DNA from: an uncultured Syntrophaceae bacterium
GTDB taxonomy: Bacteria > Desulfobacterota > Syntrophia > Syntrophales > PHBD01
DNA: 64,000 bases
Assembly (NCBI GenBank): GCA_964558665.1
Contig: CAZLFA010000001.1
Coordinates: forward strand, 52,562 to 116,561
Direction of reading: 5' to 3'
In this document: positions 48,709 through 59,062 of the stretch, in pieces
Layout of the letters: every line of letters starts with the position of its first letter
Position numbering within the stretch: position 1 is the stretch's first letter
Translations under genes and position numbers: made by a program
Notes under the pieces: generated by a model
Told to the model about the DNA's origin: nothing
Seen by the model: only the letters and a program-made list of their open reading frames with translations
Databases searched by the model: none

Positions 48709-50148
48709 ATGAAACTCATATTTGAAAAGAGTCGCCCCGGCCGAACGCCATCTTCAATTCCCTCCAGCGATGTGCCTGAAATCGATATCGGACAGCTTAT
48801 TGATTCCCGGTTGCTCAGAGATGATGTCGATCTGCCGGAGGTTGCCGAGATTGATCTTGTCAGGCATTATATGAGCCTCTCCAGGAGAAATTTCGGCGTC
48901 GACATCGGTTTCTATCCGCTTGGTTCCTGCACAATGAAGTATAATCCCAAAATCAATGAAGACATTGCCAAATTTGAAGGTTTCACAGCGTTGCATCCCT
49001 ATGTGCCCGATGAATTTGCGCAGGGAAACCTCAGGCTGATGTATGAATTGAGACGGCACTTAAGCGAGATATTCGGTATGGCCGACTTTACGCTGCAGCC
49101 GGCGGCCGGCGCTCATGGGGAGCTGACCGGCATTATGATGTTCAAGAAATACTTCGAGACCAGAGGAGAAAAGCGCACCCGGATTCTTATTCCGGATGCC
49201 GCTCACGGCACCAATCCGGCCTCCGGGGCTTTGTGCGGTTATCAGACGGTTACCGTGCGTTCAAACAAGGAAGGCGGTGTTGATGTAGGCCACCTGGATG
49301 ACGTGATGACGGATGATGTCGCCGGCCTGATGCTGACCAATCCGAACACGCTGGGTCTGTTTGAGCGCAATATAGAAAAAGTTGCAGCAATAATCCATGA
49401 CCGGGGAGGCCTCTTTTATTGTGACGGAGCCAATGCCAACGCCTTTATGGGGATAACGAGGCCGGGGGACCTGGGATTCGATGTTATCCAGCTGAACCTG
49501 CATAAAACTTTTTCAACCCCCCATGGCTGCGGCGGACCGGGGAGCGGCCCGGTAGGCGTCGGGGAAACACTCGTTCCTTTTCTTCCGGTGCCGCGCGTGA
49601 TTGAGAAAGCCGGGAACTACTCATGGAATTATCAATATCCTTACAGCATCGGCCGCGTCAGGGCCTTCTTCGGGAATTTCAACGTCATGGTCAAGGCCTT
49701 TGCCTACATCAGGTCGCTCGGCCCTGAAGGCCTGAGAAAGGCCAGTGAGACGGCCGTTCTCAATGCCAACTATATCAAGGAAAAGCTCAAACCGTGGTAT
49801 GATCTTCCTTATGACCGCGTCTGCATGCATGAATGCGTATTTTCCGGGACGCGCCAGGTGAAAGAATCGGGCATTCATACGACAGACATAGCAAAACGGC
49901 TGCTTGATTACGGATACCATCCGCCTACCATTTATTTTCCGCAAATCGTTCCGGAGGCAATTATGATCGAGCCCAACGAGACAGAGAGCAAAGAGACAAT
50001 AGATTCGTTCTGTGAAGCGATGATAGCCATTGCCGGGGATGCCAGGGATAATCCGGAGCTTGTCCGGAATGCGCCGCTGACAACGCCGGTGAGACGGCTG
50101 GATGAGGTAAAAGCGGCTCGTGAACCCGACGTTTGCTGGCGGGGATAA
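48709..50148 (+). CDS. gcvPB: Glycine dehydrogenase (decarboxylating) subunit 2
   Basis: [42 protein letters not shown] (PLP Lys), PPT.YFP, IEP.ETE. Confidence 0.95.
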   Translation: MKLIFEKSRPGRTPSSIPSSDVPEIDIGQLIDSRLLRDDVDLPEVAEIDLVRHYMSLSRRNFGVDIGFYPLGSCTMKYNPKINEDIAKFEGFTALHPYVPDEFAQGNLRLMYELRRHLSEIFGMADFTLQPAAGAHGELTGIMMFKKYFETRGEKRTRILIPDAAHGTNPASGALCGYQTVTVRSNKEGGVDVGHLDDVMTDDVAGLMLTNPNTLGLFERNIEKVAAIIHDRGGLFYCDGANANAFMGITRPGDLGFDVIQLNLHKTFSTPHGCGGPGSGPVGVGETLVPFLPVPRVIEKAGNYSWNYQYPYSIGRVRAFFGNFNVMVKAFAYIRSLGPEGLRKASETAVLNANYIKEKLKPWYDLPYDRVCMHECVFSGTRQVKESGIHTTDIAKRLLDYGYHPPTIYFPQIVPEAIMIEPNETESKETIDSFCEAMIAIAGDARDNPELVRNAPLTTPVRRLDEVKAAREPDVCWRG

Positions 50149-50180
50149 TCCAGACGTTCCTAAATGAATAAGGTGCATAT

Positions 50181-51995
50181 ATGAAGAATCTTGTTGCTGT
50201 TTCGAAGGAAGAACTGGTTGAGAGGCTCTGGAATGCCGATTCGCGACTCTTCAAAATGCTTCGCGACTCGAAACACGTGGAAGAGGCAAGACATCTGCTG
50301 TTCGATTACTTCAATTATCTGGACCGCTCGATGTTCAACATGAAGCCCGACACCTTTTTTTCCAAGATGAACATCATTCAGAAAAGAAACGCCAAGGAAT
50401 GTATAAGGGTCTTTGCCAACACCATCAGGACGGAAAACGAATTCCTGACCAAGTCCTCTCCGCTGCAATTGCTTTGCGATCTTGCTCAGAAAAAGCCGGG
50501 TGCCCTGGATCGGGTTTCGCATGCCTTTTTATGCGAATACATAGCATTCTTTTACGGGATTACAGGAAAGGCAGGAAAGCATCTTAAAAGCCAGGATCTT
50601 TTTCAAATGAAAGATGGCCGGGAAGCGGCAATAATACGCTCAGACCAGTTGGATGAGTATGCTGCAACCATCCGTAAATATTACCGCCGTTACAAAACAG
50701 GCTTCAGCCGCACCATCAGCAGGAAAAGGGAAACGCTGAAAAAGGAGATTTTGAGTTTCTTTAACGGCAGCGACGACGACTGGCAGGACTATATTTGGCA
50801 TTACCGCCACATTATAAAGGACATCAAAACCCTTTCCGCGCTGGTGACTCTGGAAAAAGACGAACTGGAAGGGCTGCAGGCCGCCGAACAGAATAATATA
50901 CCATTCGAAATCACTCCTTATTATCTGTCTCTCTTCAATAAGGAGGGGCGGGCGGACTTTGACAGGCAGATACGGGCGCAGGTTATACCCAGCTTACGCT
51001 ATTGTCAGGGTGTTGCGGAAAGCCGCAAACAGGGCATTGACATGGACTTCATGGGGGAGAAGTCAACGAGCCCCATTGACGGCATCACCAGGCGCTACCC
51101 GGAGATTGTCATTCTCAAGCCTTATAATTCCTGTCCTCAGATATGCGTCTATTGCCAGCGCAACTGGGAAATCAAGAGCATGGATGATGATGTGCAGATG
51201 AGCCGTGAAAAGGTGAAGGAAGCCATTGCCTGGATTAATGCTCATGACACTATTGCAGAGGTGTTGATTACAGGCGGTGATCCCCTTACCCTGAGCAATG
51301 AATATCTCGACTGGCTCATCGGCGAAATAGCCGCAATAAAGCATGTGGAGAGAATAAGGATCGGCACGCGGGTTCCGGTTACCGTGCCTTTCCGGATCAA
51401 TGAAGGGTTCATTGACATCCTGAACAAATATCACCAGTGGGGTAAAAGGGAGATCGCCATCGTCACCCACTTTGAACATCCGTCGGAAGTGACTCACGAT
51501 GTGCAGAAGGCTGTCGAGAGATTGAAAAAAGCAGGGATAAATGTTTACAACCAGCAGGTCTTTACATATTACAACAGCCGCAAGTTTGAAACGTGCCTCT
51601 TAAGAAGGGTGCTTAAGGTATCCGGTATAGATCCATATTACTCCTTCAGCAGCAAGGGCAAGGAAGAGACGATAGATTTCCGGGTTCCTATCGCCAGAAT
51701 CGAGCAGGAAAGAAGCGAAGAGGCAAGGCTTCAGCCCGGCCTGATGAGAACGGATGAACCGGTCTTCAATCTCCCCAAGCTCGGCAAATCCAATCTGAGG
51801 GCGTGGCAGGATCACGAGGTTATCATGATTCTTCCCGACGGCCGGCGGGTCTACCGTTTCTATTCCTGGGAAGTCAGGCTCGTGACGGCGCTCGACTATC
51901 TTTACACGGATGTCCCTATATACGAATATCTGAAGCGTTTGGACGCCGACGGCGAAAACATAAACGACTACAGCACTATTTGGTACTACTTCTAA
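50181..51995 (+). CDS. KamA-family radical SAM aminomutase-like protein, long form (604 aa)
   Basis: ITPYY, I.R.YP, CPQICVYCQR, TGGDPL, RIGTR.P, HF.HP.E, NQQV, PYY.F. Confidence 0.9.
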   Translation: MKNLVAVSKEELVERLWNADSRLFKMLRDSKHVEEARHLLFDYFNYLDRSMFNMKPDTFFSKMNIIQKRNAKECIRVFANTIRTENEFLTKSSPLQLLCDLAQKKPGALDRVSHAFLCEYIAFFYGITGKAGKHLKSQDLFQMKDGREAAIIRSDQLDEYAATIRKYYRRYKTGFSRTISRKRETLKKEILSFFNGSDDDWQDYIWHYRHIIKDIKTLSALVTLEKDELEGLQAAEQNNIPFEITPYYLSLFNKEGRADFDRQIRAQVIPSLRYCQGVAESRKQGIDMDFMGEKSTSPIDGITRRYPEIVILKPYNSCPQICVYCQRNWEIKSMDDDVQMSREKVKEAIAWINAHDTIAEVLITGGDPLTLSNEYLDWLIGEIAAIKHVERIRIGTRVPVTVPFRINEGFIDILNKYHQWGKREIAIVTHFEHPSEVTHDVQKAVERLKKAGINVYNQQVFTYYNSRKFETCLLRRVLKVSGIDPYYSFSSKGKEETIDFRVPIARIEQERSEEARLQPGLMRTDEPVFNLPKLGKSNLRAWQDHEVIMILPDGRRVYRFYSWEVRLVTALDYLYTDVPIYEYLKRLDADGENINDYSTIWYYF

Positions 51996-52015
51996 GATTC
52001 AGGTGTTACAGATAA

Positions 52016-52930
52016 ATGCAACCCCCCGGATCATTGCCTATAAAGCGTCCGTTGCGCAAACCCGCCTGGCTTAAAGTCCGGCTGCCGGGAACGGCGGAAA
52101 CCGGGAAGGTCAAGGCCGTCTTATCGCGTCATCATCTCCACTCCATATGCCAAGAGGCGCGTTGTCCGAATATCGCGGAGTGTTTCCAGGAAGGAACGGC
52201 AACCTTCCTCATCCTGGGCAATATCTGCACCCGCAACTGTCTCTACTGCAACGTACTGCATGATAAACCGCAAGCACCGGACTATTCGGAAGCTGAACAC
52301 CTGGTTGCCGCAGTGCGTGAGCTGGCGCTGAAATATATTGTCATCACCTCGGTAACCAGAGATGATCTGGATGATGGGGGGGCGCATGTGTTTGCCGGAT
52401 GCGTGGAAGGATTGCGCACTAATGTAAGGGATTGCCGGGTGGAGGTTCTGGTGCCTGATTTTATGGGTAGTCATTCGGCTCTGGACAGGGTCATGGCCGC
52501 CGGACCGGATGTGCTCAATCACAACCTGGAAGTGGTCCCCTCCCTCTTCAAAAACCTCCGGCCTCAGGGGGATTACCGTCGTTCGCTCAATTTGCTGCAT
52601 CACGCAAAGAGCCGTGGAGGAATGATTATAAAATCGGGGTTCATGATCGGATTTGGCGAAAACGGCCGGGATATAGAACATCTTCTGAATGATTTACTGG
52701 ATGCAGGTTGTGATCATCTCACCATCGGTCAGTATCAGCAGCCTACGCAACGTCACTTTCCCGTGGCCAAATATTATCACCCGGACGAATTTGCCTCCTT
52801 GAAAGAATCAGCTCTGAATATGGGGTTCAGCTATGTTGAAGCAGGGCCTCTCGTGCGCAGTTCCTACCATGCCGCCAGAGCGGCGCAGCACGCGGCATCA
52901 AAGAAATGTGAGAGGATGTCGAATGGGTAG
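52016..52930 (+). CDS. lipA: Lipoyl synthase
   Basis: CQEARCPNIAEC (CX4CX5C), CTRNCLYC, NHNLE.V, VRSSY. Confidence 0.95.
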   Translation: MQPPGSLPIKRPLRKPAWLKVRLPGTAETGKVKAVLSRHHLHSICQEARCPNIAECFQEGTATFLILGNICTRNCLYCNVLHDKPQAPDYSEAEHLVAAVRELALKYIVITSVTRDDLDDGGAHVFAGCVEGLRTNVRDCRVEVLVPDFMGSHSALDRVMAAGPDVLNHNLEVVPSLFKNLRPQGDYRRSLNLLHHAKSRGGMIIKSGFMIGFGENGRDIEHLLNDLLDAGCDHLTIGQYQQPTQRHFPVAKYYHPDEFASLKESALNMGFSYVEAGPLVRSSYHAARAAQHAASKKCERMSNG

Positions 52931-53008
52931 CGATTCCTGTGCGGATTGACCGCGTGCCCAGGGTTTTTTTTGATGCTTCTGTCAAGCCCGAGAACGACTT
53001 TGACAGGA

Positions 53009-53701
53009 TCAAGGCTTCTTCTCGCTGATTGCTCCCAGTATCTTTTCGTTAATGGATTTGGGATTGATGAGCTTTTCAATCGCGTCGGTGACGGCGTTGT
53101 TCACCTCGATGCTCAGATGCGTTCTCAGATCATCTTCGGTCATGTTCACATCCGAGCGACTGGATTCTCCCAGTACGCGGTAGGTATGAATAATCGCTGA
53201 TTTCTGAACATCTGCAAGTGCTAGGCTCAGAGTAACGCGTGTTTTATATGTGGCCTTGATATTGGCTTTCTCGCAGGTTATTTCAAAGCTTTCAATATTG
53301 CCGCCGATGACAATTCTGCCCCAGTTCTTGCTGATGCCGGCCGGTTTTGTGTCCCAGGCTGGAGAAGAATTGAGTAAGGTGTATCCTGCTCTTGACATGT
53401 AGGATTTTACACCTGATGAGACTGCTTCCGCAGGTGTGGTGTTGATGACAAAAATGGGAAGCTTTTCGCCTCCTGTTTTGATTACCGCTCCCACAACATT
53501 CTTATCGGCAAGTGTACGTATGTCGTTGAAAACCGCAATCGTTATTGGTATGCCCTTGATCTGGTCGCCTGCCGGGGTGACGTTCCTCACCGGTTCGGTG
53601 GTCATGCTGACGGCATAGCGCGTTACCGGCGTACATGCCGCAGTCGATATAACCGCAATGATTGCGATAAATATAATCAATCCCGTGCGTGCTCTTTGCA
53701 T
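53009..53701 (-). CDS. Putative lipoprotein (YajG-like)
   Basis: Signal peptide ending STAAC. A F.DIR motif follows. Confidence 0.6.
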   Translation of the reverse strand: MQRARTGLIIFIAIIAVISTAACTPVTRYAVSMTTEPVRNVTPAGDQIKGIPITIAVFNDIRTLADKNVVGAVIKTGGEKLPIFVINTTPAEAVSSGVKSYMSRAGYTLLNSSPAWDTKPAGISKNWGRIVIGGNIESFEITCEKANIKATYKTRVTLSLALADVQKSAIIHTYRVLGESSRSDVNMTEDDLRTHLSIEVNNAVTDAIEKLINPKSINEKILGAISEKKP

Positions 53702-54035
53702 TGTTTCTTTTCTCCCCTTGAGTTTCCTGATGCCGCTATGATTTACTCTCTTGCTTGACGGATGTCAAGAATTGAGAGGCCCTTTTCATTGACATGAGAG
53801 TTTTGTCATGAAAGAATAACGGAAAAACAATTAGGATGATTTTATACAGGATGACGCGATAAAAGTAATACTCGTGGGCACCCCGGTCAAAGAAGCTTTC
53901 CGCGGCTCGGAATATTTTTCACAAAAAAAATATTTGATTCGCCGCTTGAAAACCTTTTTGACCGAGATAATATTCACTTATCCAAGTGCCTGTATGTTCT
54001 ATTGCGTAATCCGGGTTTATGTATTGGAGATGGAG

Positions 54036-55391
54036 ATGCCTGAAAAATATGATCTGATAGTCATCGGCGGCGGTCCCGGAGGACATGCCGCTGCGCTTCA
54101 TGCCGCGAGCCTGGGAGCAGGTGTTGCGATAATAGAGAATCAGGGATGGGGCGGTACCTGCACTAATCGGGGTTGTGTGCCGACCAAGGCTTTGCTTGCC
54201 TGCAGCGGTCACTATGCGCAACTGAAAAAAATAAAGCGTCTGGGCATATCAGCAGGAGAAACTTCGTTTGTTTTTGCAGCAATGAAGCGCCACCAGAAAC
54301 AGATGGTGACAGTATCTGCCCTTGGTGCAGAAAAGAGCCTCAAGGACGTGGGGGTGACGGCGATTCGCGGCAATGCGCAGTTGCTTGATCCGTATAATGT
54401 CAAATACGAAACATCGGAAGGCAACGGAGAAATACTGAAAGCATCGAAGATAGTCATCGCGTGGGGATCGGAAACCAGCCTTCCTCCCGGTATCAATATT
54501 TCTGAGAGAGTGCTGACGTCGGACGGCATGCTGGCGCTGGAGAACCTGCCGTCAAGCGTGATCATTGTCGGCGGCAGCGTCATCGGTTTTGAATTTGCCA
54601 CGTTTCTTGCGGAACTGGGAGTAAAGGTTACGGTAATCGAATTGCTGGAGCGCCTTCTTCCCACCGAGGACAAGGAGGCGGCCGATATGCTGTGCAAGGA
54701 GGTGCAGCGTCTGGGGGTGAGTCTCCATGCGGCAACATATGCCAGGGAGATTCGCGAAACGTCAGACGGGGTTGTCATGACCGTAAATTCCGGCGGCAAA
54801 GTTGAAAAAGAGCTGGCCGCTGAGTATGCCCTGATATGTACGGGCAGAAAACCCCGCCTGAGGACTGAAGAACTGGATCGATGCGGTATCGGCTACGGAC
54901 GGACGGGAATCACCGTTGATGCAAATCAGATGACCAGTGCGGAAGGTGTTTATGCAGTAGGTGATGTTACGGGCGGCATTATGCTGGCGCACCGGGCTGC
55001 TCATCAGGGAAAGGCCGTTGCCGATCGGCTTTTTGGAGACGGTGCGGTCGCTTATCGGGATGAAGCCGTTCCCTCTGTCATCTACACACATCCGCAGCTT
55101 GCGCGTGTAGGATTAACGGAAACACAGGCGGCTGAAAGGGGGCTGAAGGTAGAGATCATACGGTCGGAATACGGCGCCAACATCATGGCGCGGGCGGAAC
55201 TGCAGGGAAGCGGCTTTGTAAAACAGCTTTTCCACAACAATAAGCTGATCGGCGCGTCCATTGTCGGTGATCAGGCGGGAGAACTCATTTCCTCACTCAG
55301 TCTTGCCGTTGCGGCAGGAATGGCTAAGAGGGATTTGAAATCCTGGATAATACCGCATCCGACGCTAAGCGAATTGCTGAATCAGGATTAG
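54036..55391 (+). CDS. lpdA: Dihydrolipoyl dehydrogenase
   Basis: GGGPGG, GGTCTNRGCVPTK, GGSVIG.E, YAVGDV, LAH.A, HPTLSE. Confidence 0.9.
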   Translation: MPEKYDLIVIGGGPGGHAAALHAASLGAGVAIIENQGWGGTCTNRGCVPTKALLACSGHYAQLKKIKRLGISAGETSFVFAAMKRHQKQMVTVSALGAEKSLKDVGVTAIRGNAQLLDPYNVKYETSEGNGEILKASKIVIAWGSETSLPPGINISERVLTSDGMLALENLPSSVIIVGGSVIGFEFATFLAELGVKVTVIELLERLLPTEDKEAADMLCKEVQRLGVSLHAATYAREIRETSDGVVMTVNSGGKVEKELAAEYALICTGRKPRLRTEELDRCGIGYGRTGITVDANQMTSAEGVYAVGDVTGGIMLAHRAAHQGKAVADRLFGDGAVAYRDEAVPSVIYTHPQLARVGLTETQAAERGLKVEIIRSEYGANIMARAELQGSGFVKQLFHNNKLIGASIVGDQAGELISSLSLAVAAGMAKRDLKSWIIPHPTLSELLNQD

Positions 55392-55586
55392 TCAGCCGGA
55401 ATTATTCTCCGCTTCCATCTCCTGCTTTTTTCTAAACTCGGCCTCCTCCTGTGCCCGGATTGCTTCGTCTCTTGCTTTCATGCATTCGCGGCACCAGATG
55501 GTGTACCCGCACCGGCCTTTGCAGTTTTCAAAGTCGTCGTCCTCAGCGAGGTTGCCGTTATTAACCTTCTCCGCTTGATCGCTCAA
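55392..55586 (-). CDS. Small 4-Cys protein of unknown function
   Basis: 64 aa with CKGRCGYTIWCREC followed by a charged helix. TTG start, 16 nt after the ligase stop. Confidence 0.5.
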   Translation of the reverse strand: MSDQAEKVNNGNLAEDDDFENCKGRCGYTIWCRECMKARDEAIRAQEEAEFRKKQEMEAENNSG

Positions 55587-55602
55587 AGTCTTTCTCTCTG
55601 CC

Positions 55603-57393
55603 TTACTGATTATAAAGAGATTCTATCTGGTCCTGATATTTCTGAAAGACCACGCGCCGCTTCAGTTTCATTGTCTGGGTCAGCGTTCCGTTTTCCAGGC
55701 TGAACGGCTCCTTCAAAAAGAGAAACTTCTTGGGTATCTCGTAACTGGCGTATTTGCCGGTCAATGAACTCTGAATGCCGCTGCCGATCATGGTTTTTAT
55801 GTCGTCCCTGTTGAGAAGTTCGTTGATTTCTGCGGGCAGGTTGTTTTTTTCCGCATATTTTTCAAGAGCGAAAAAGTCGGGTACTACCAGACATGTTGTA
55901 TAAGGGCGATTGTCACCGTAGATGACGGCGTTTTGCACGTAGGGCACCAGGCAGATATCCTCTTCGAGCGAGGAAGGAAATACGAATTTACCGTTTTCCA
56001 GTTTGAACTGCTCCTTGATGCGTCCTGTTATGTAAAGGTAGCCGTCTTTGTCCAGCCTGCCCCGGTCGCCCGTCCTCACACCGCCATCCGGCGTCATAAC
56101 CTCCGCCGTCTGTTCCGGCTTGTTGTGGTAACCCTTCATGACATTGGGGCCGTAAACGACAATTTCGCCATCCGTCGCCCCCTCTTCCACGACCGACTTG
56201 TCTATAACGATCTTCACTTTGTCGATGGCGCGTCCGACGGAGCCGAGGCGATAATCCGGGGGGCCGTTCATGGCAATACCCGGTGATGTCTCCGTCATGC
56301 CGTAGCAGTCATAAACGGGTATGCCGATGTCGAAGAAGAACAGGGCTATTTCCAGGTTCATCATGGCGCTTGCCGTCATGGAGCCTTTGAGGCGGCCGCC
56401 GAACTTGTCCCGGATCTTCTGGAATACTATCTTGTCGGCGATGGCGAATTTAAGGTTGTTCAGAAAAGAACTCTGACCCTTTTCGGCAAGCCGCCGCTTC
56501 TCTTTTGCCGCTTCTACGCCCATGACGAAAAGCGCCTTCGCCAGCCCTCCCTCCTCATTCATCTTTTTCCAGAGGCCGTCATAGATTCGGTTGAAGACAC
56601 GCGGCACGGCAATCAAAAAGGTCGGCCTGATTTTGGACATATCATCAACCAGCGTGTTGATGTTTCCCATAAAACCCATGGAGGCGCCTAGCTGCAGGAA
56701 TGTGTGCTGTTCCCCCAATCCGTAAGTATGCGCCCACGGCAGAAGAGAAAAGGTCCGGTCGTTTTCGTTGAATTCATTATAGAGTTTAACGCGGGCGTGT
56801 GAGTTGCTGGTCCAGTTGGCATGCGTCAGCAGTACGCCCTTCGGGTCGCCGGTCGTGCCCGACGTGTATATCAGCACAGCAACATCATCCGCCTGGGGAT
56901 GTACGGAAGGCACGGGGTTTGACTCGCCGATTTTTTCCATCTCGGCCATGGCGTTTTTGGCGTTGCCCCCCATAAGAATAATCTTTTCCAGCGCCGGTAT
57001 GCGTGAAGGAAAATCCTTTACCTTTTCAAAAATTTCCTCTTTCGATACAAAAAGCAGCTTAACGCCGCTGTCCTTTATAATATACTCCCAGATATGAGGG
57101 AGCTCAACCTCATACATGGGAACAAAGCGGGCGCCCCGTCCCATCGTTGCATAATGGACAACCGCCCAGTCAACGGAGTTATTGGAGATGACGCCTACGA
57201 CATCCTCTTTTTCTATGCCGGCCTTGGCGAGGCCGCCGCGCAGATTGTCCACCCGCCTGCCGAACTCTATGTAGGTGATCCATTCGTAGTCACCGTTATT
57301 GTTTTTCGTGCCGAACAGTTGCCTGTCAGCAAACTTCTTAGCGCTGTTTTCAAGAAATTCCACCAGGTTATCCGGCTTATCCAACTGGTACAT
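55603..57393 (-). CDS. Long-chain-fatty-acid--CoA ligase (FAA1/AMP-binding type)
   Basis: YTSGTTGDPKG, YGMTET, TGD.G, GRIKE..KL.NGK.V, TMKLKR. Confidence 0.9.
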   Translation of the reverse strand: MYQLDKPDNLVEFLENSAKKFADRQLFGTKNNNGDYEWITYIEFGRRVDNLRGGLAKAGIEKEDVVGVISNNSVDWAVVHYATMGRGARFVPMYEVELPHIWEYIIKDSGVKLLFVSKEEIFEKVKDFPSRIPALEKIILMGGNAKNAMAEMEKIGESNPVPSVHPQADDVAVLIYTSGTTGDPKGVLLTHANWTSNSHARVKLYNEFNENDRTFSLLPWAHTYGLGEQHTFLQLGASMGFMGNINTLVDDMSKIRPTFLIAVPRVFNRIYDGLWKKMNEEGGLAKALFVMGVEAAKEKRRLAEKGQSSFLNNLKFAIADKIVFQKIRDKFGGRLKGSMTASAMMNLEIALFFFDIGIPVYDCYGMTETSPGIAMNGPPDYRLGSVGRAIDKVKIVIDKSVVEEGATDGEIVVYGPNVMKGYHNKPEQTAEVMTPDGGVRTGDRGRLDKDGYLYITGRIKEQFKLENGKFVFPSSLEEDICLVPYVQNAVIYGDNRPYTTCLVVPDFFALEKYAEKNNLPAEINELLNRDDIKTMIGSGIQSSLTGKYASYEIPKKFLFLKEPFSLENGTLTQTMKLKRRVVFQKYQDQIESLYNQ

Positions 57394-57620
57394 AAGTTTT
57401 CCTCCCAAAGGTATCCCATGTTGTCTCGAGATGTTCATATTTAATGCCCCGGAGATTATTGGAGATTTTTAGAAGGTTCGTCGATGTTTCAGAAGAAGGT
57501 AGGTGAATTTTCTCTCCGCAGCAAATTATATCGCCATGACGTCTTGCATTATTATGGGATTCTACCCCAAATCGGCGGGAAGGTCACGCAAATTTGAATG
57601 ATTTCCGTGCAGGAATTTTA

Positions 57621-58970
57621 CTATAAATTTATAGAGGCAGCGGCGCTTTCTCCGGCGAGATACCCGGTGGAAAAGGCCGCCTGGAGGTTGTAACCGCCTG
57701 TATCGGCGTCGATGTCGAGCACCTCGCCGCAGAAATACAGGCCGTTTATGATCCTCGAGGCCATAGTGCGGGGGTCAACCTCCTTTAGCGAGACCCCGCC
57801 CGCCGTAACTATGGCAGACGACATCGGCAGGGGACTTTTGATGTTGAACCGTAAGGACTTAAGATTTTCCAGCAGATATTCCTTGTGTGTTGAACTGATC
57901 TGACTGCCCTGTAAATCAGGAGGTATTTCAGTAAGTTTTACCATGGGATCAATCATTTTTTGCGGAAGCAGCCCGGCAAGTATGCCTTTAAATCCCCTTT
58001 TCCCGAACCGGTCAAAATCCCTCTGCAGCCGCAAGCGAAGCTGATCACGGGTCAATGCCGGTTTGAGATCTATAGATACGCTGACCGGCCCTTCCTGCAA
58101 TGCGTCAGCCACAGAAAGGCTCATAAGAAGTGTGATGGGGCCGCCGATTCCGAAATGGGTAAAGATCATCTCGCCCATGCGGCTTTCGATGATGACGGCG
58201 TCGTGACGTCTCGGCTTTGCTCCGCGTCCGATGTCGATATCCGGTACGAGAGAAGGGTTGATACTATCCGCCGGGCATCGGAATGCCGTCAGGCGCACAT
58301 TGCGCAGACTCAGCCCCTGAAGCGACTTTGCCGTATTTATTTCTTCGACAACGAGGGGTACGAGGGCAGGGCGCATACTGGTTATGGTATGTCCCGCCGA
58401 ACGGGCGATACGGTATCCGTCGCCTGTCGAGCCTGTGCCGGGATAGGTTGCCCCGCCGGTTGCCAGAATGACCGCCGCGGCAGGCAGGAAACACTTTTCG
58501 GTATCCACGCCGATGACTCTGCTGCCGGCAAGTTTGATTTTTTTTACAGACAAGCCTGTTCTGATCTTTGCTCCGTGGCCTTGCGCATAACGGATCAAAG
58601 CATCCACGACATCTCCGGCGCGGTCACTGGCAGGAAAGATGCGCCCGCCCCTCTCCGTCTTTGTGTCGACTCCATAGTTTTTCAAGAGCGACAGCAGATC
58701 CTCACGGAAAAAATGATAAAAGGAACTGTATAGAAAAGGTCCGTTTTCTCCGTACATCGGTATAAAATCTTTCAGGCTTTTTGTGTTGGAGAGATTGCAG
58801 CGCGTTTTCCCGCTGATGAGGATTTTTTTGCCGGGACGCTCCGTCTTTTCGAGAAGCAACACGCTAGCGCCAAGCTCCGCGGCGCGCCCGGAGGCGATCA
58901 GCCCTCCGGCGCCGGCGCCGACAACGATAACACGGTTGTTATCTGCATGTCTGAAATCCTCTTTTGTCAT
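57621..58970 (-). CDS. HI0933/BaiN family flavoprotein
   Basis: GAGAGG, GKKILISG..RCN, E..GRIFP, G.TGDG, FTHFG..GP, TAGGV, GE.LD.D..TGGYNLQ.A. Confidence 0.9.
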   Translation of the reverse strand: MTKEDFRHADNNRVIVVGAGAGGLIASGRAAELGASVLLLEKTERPGKKILISGKTRCNLSNTKSLKDFIPMYGENGPFLYSSFYHFFREDLLSLLKNYGVDTKTERGGRIFPASDRAGDVVDALIRYAQGHGAKIRTGLSVKKIKLAGSRVIGVDTEKCFLPAAAVILATGGATYPGTGSTGDGYRIARSAGHTITSMRPALVPLVVEEINTAKSLQGLSLRNVRLTAFRCPADSINPSLVPDIDIGRGAKPRRHDAVIIESRMGEMIFTHFGIGGPITLLMSLSVADALQEGPVSVSIDLKPALTRDQLRLRLQRDFDRFGKRGFKGILAGLLPQKMIDPMVKLTEIPPDLQGSQISSTHKEYLLENLKSLRFNIKSPLPMSSAIVTAGGVSLKEVDPRTMASRIINGLYFCGEVLDIDADTGGYNLQAAFSTGYLAGESAAASINL

Positions 58971-59062
58971 TGCTACCACATATCATAAAATATAAGCGTT
59001 CAAAAGACGGCAGAAACGATAAAGCCGGATATGACCAGACAAATCAGGGTTACTTCTTTTCC

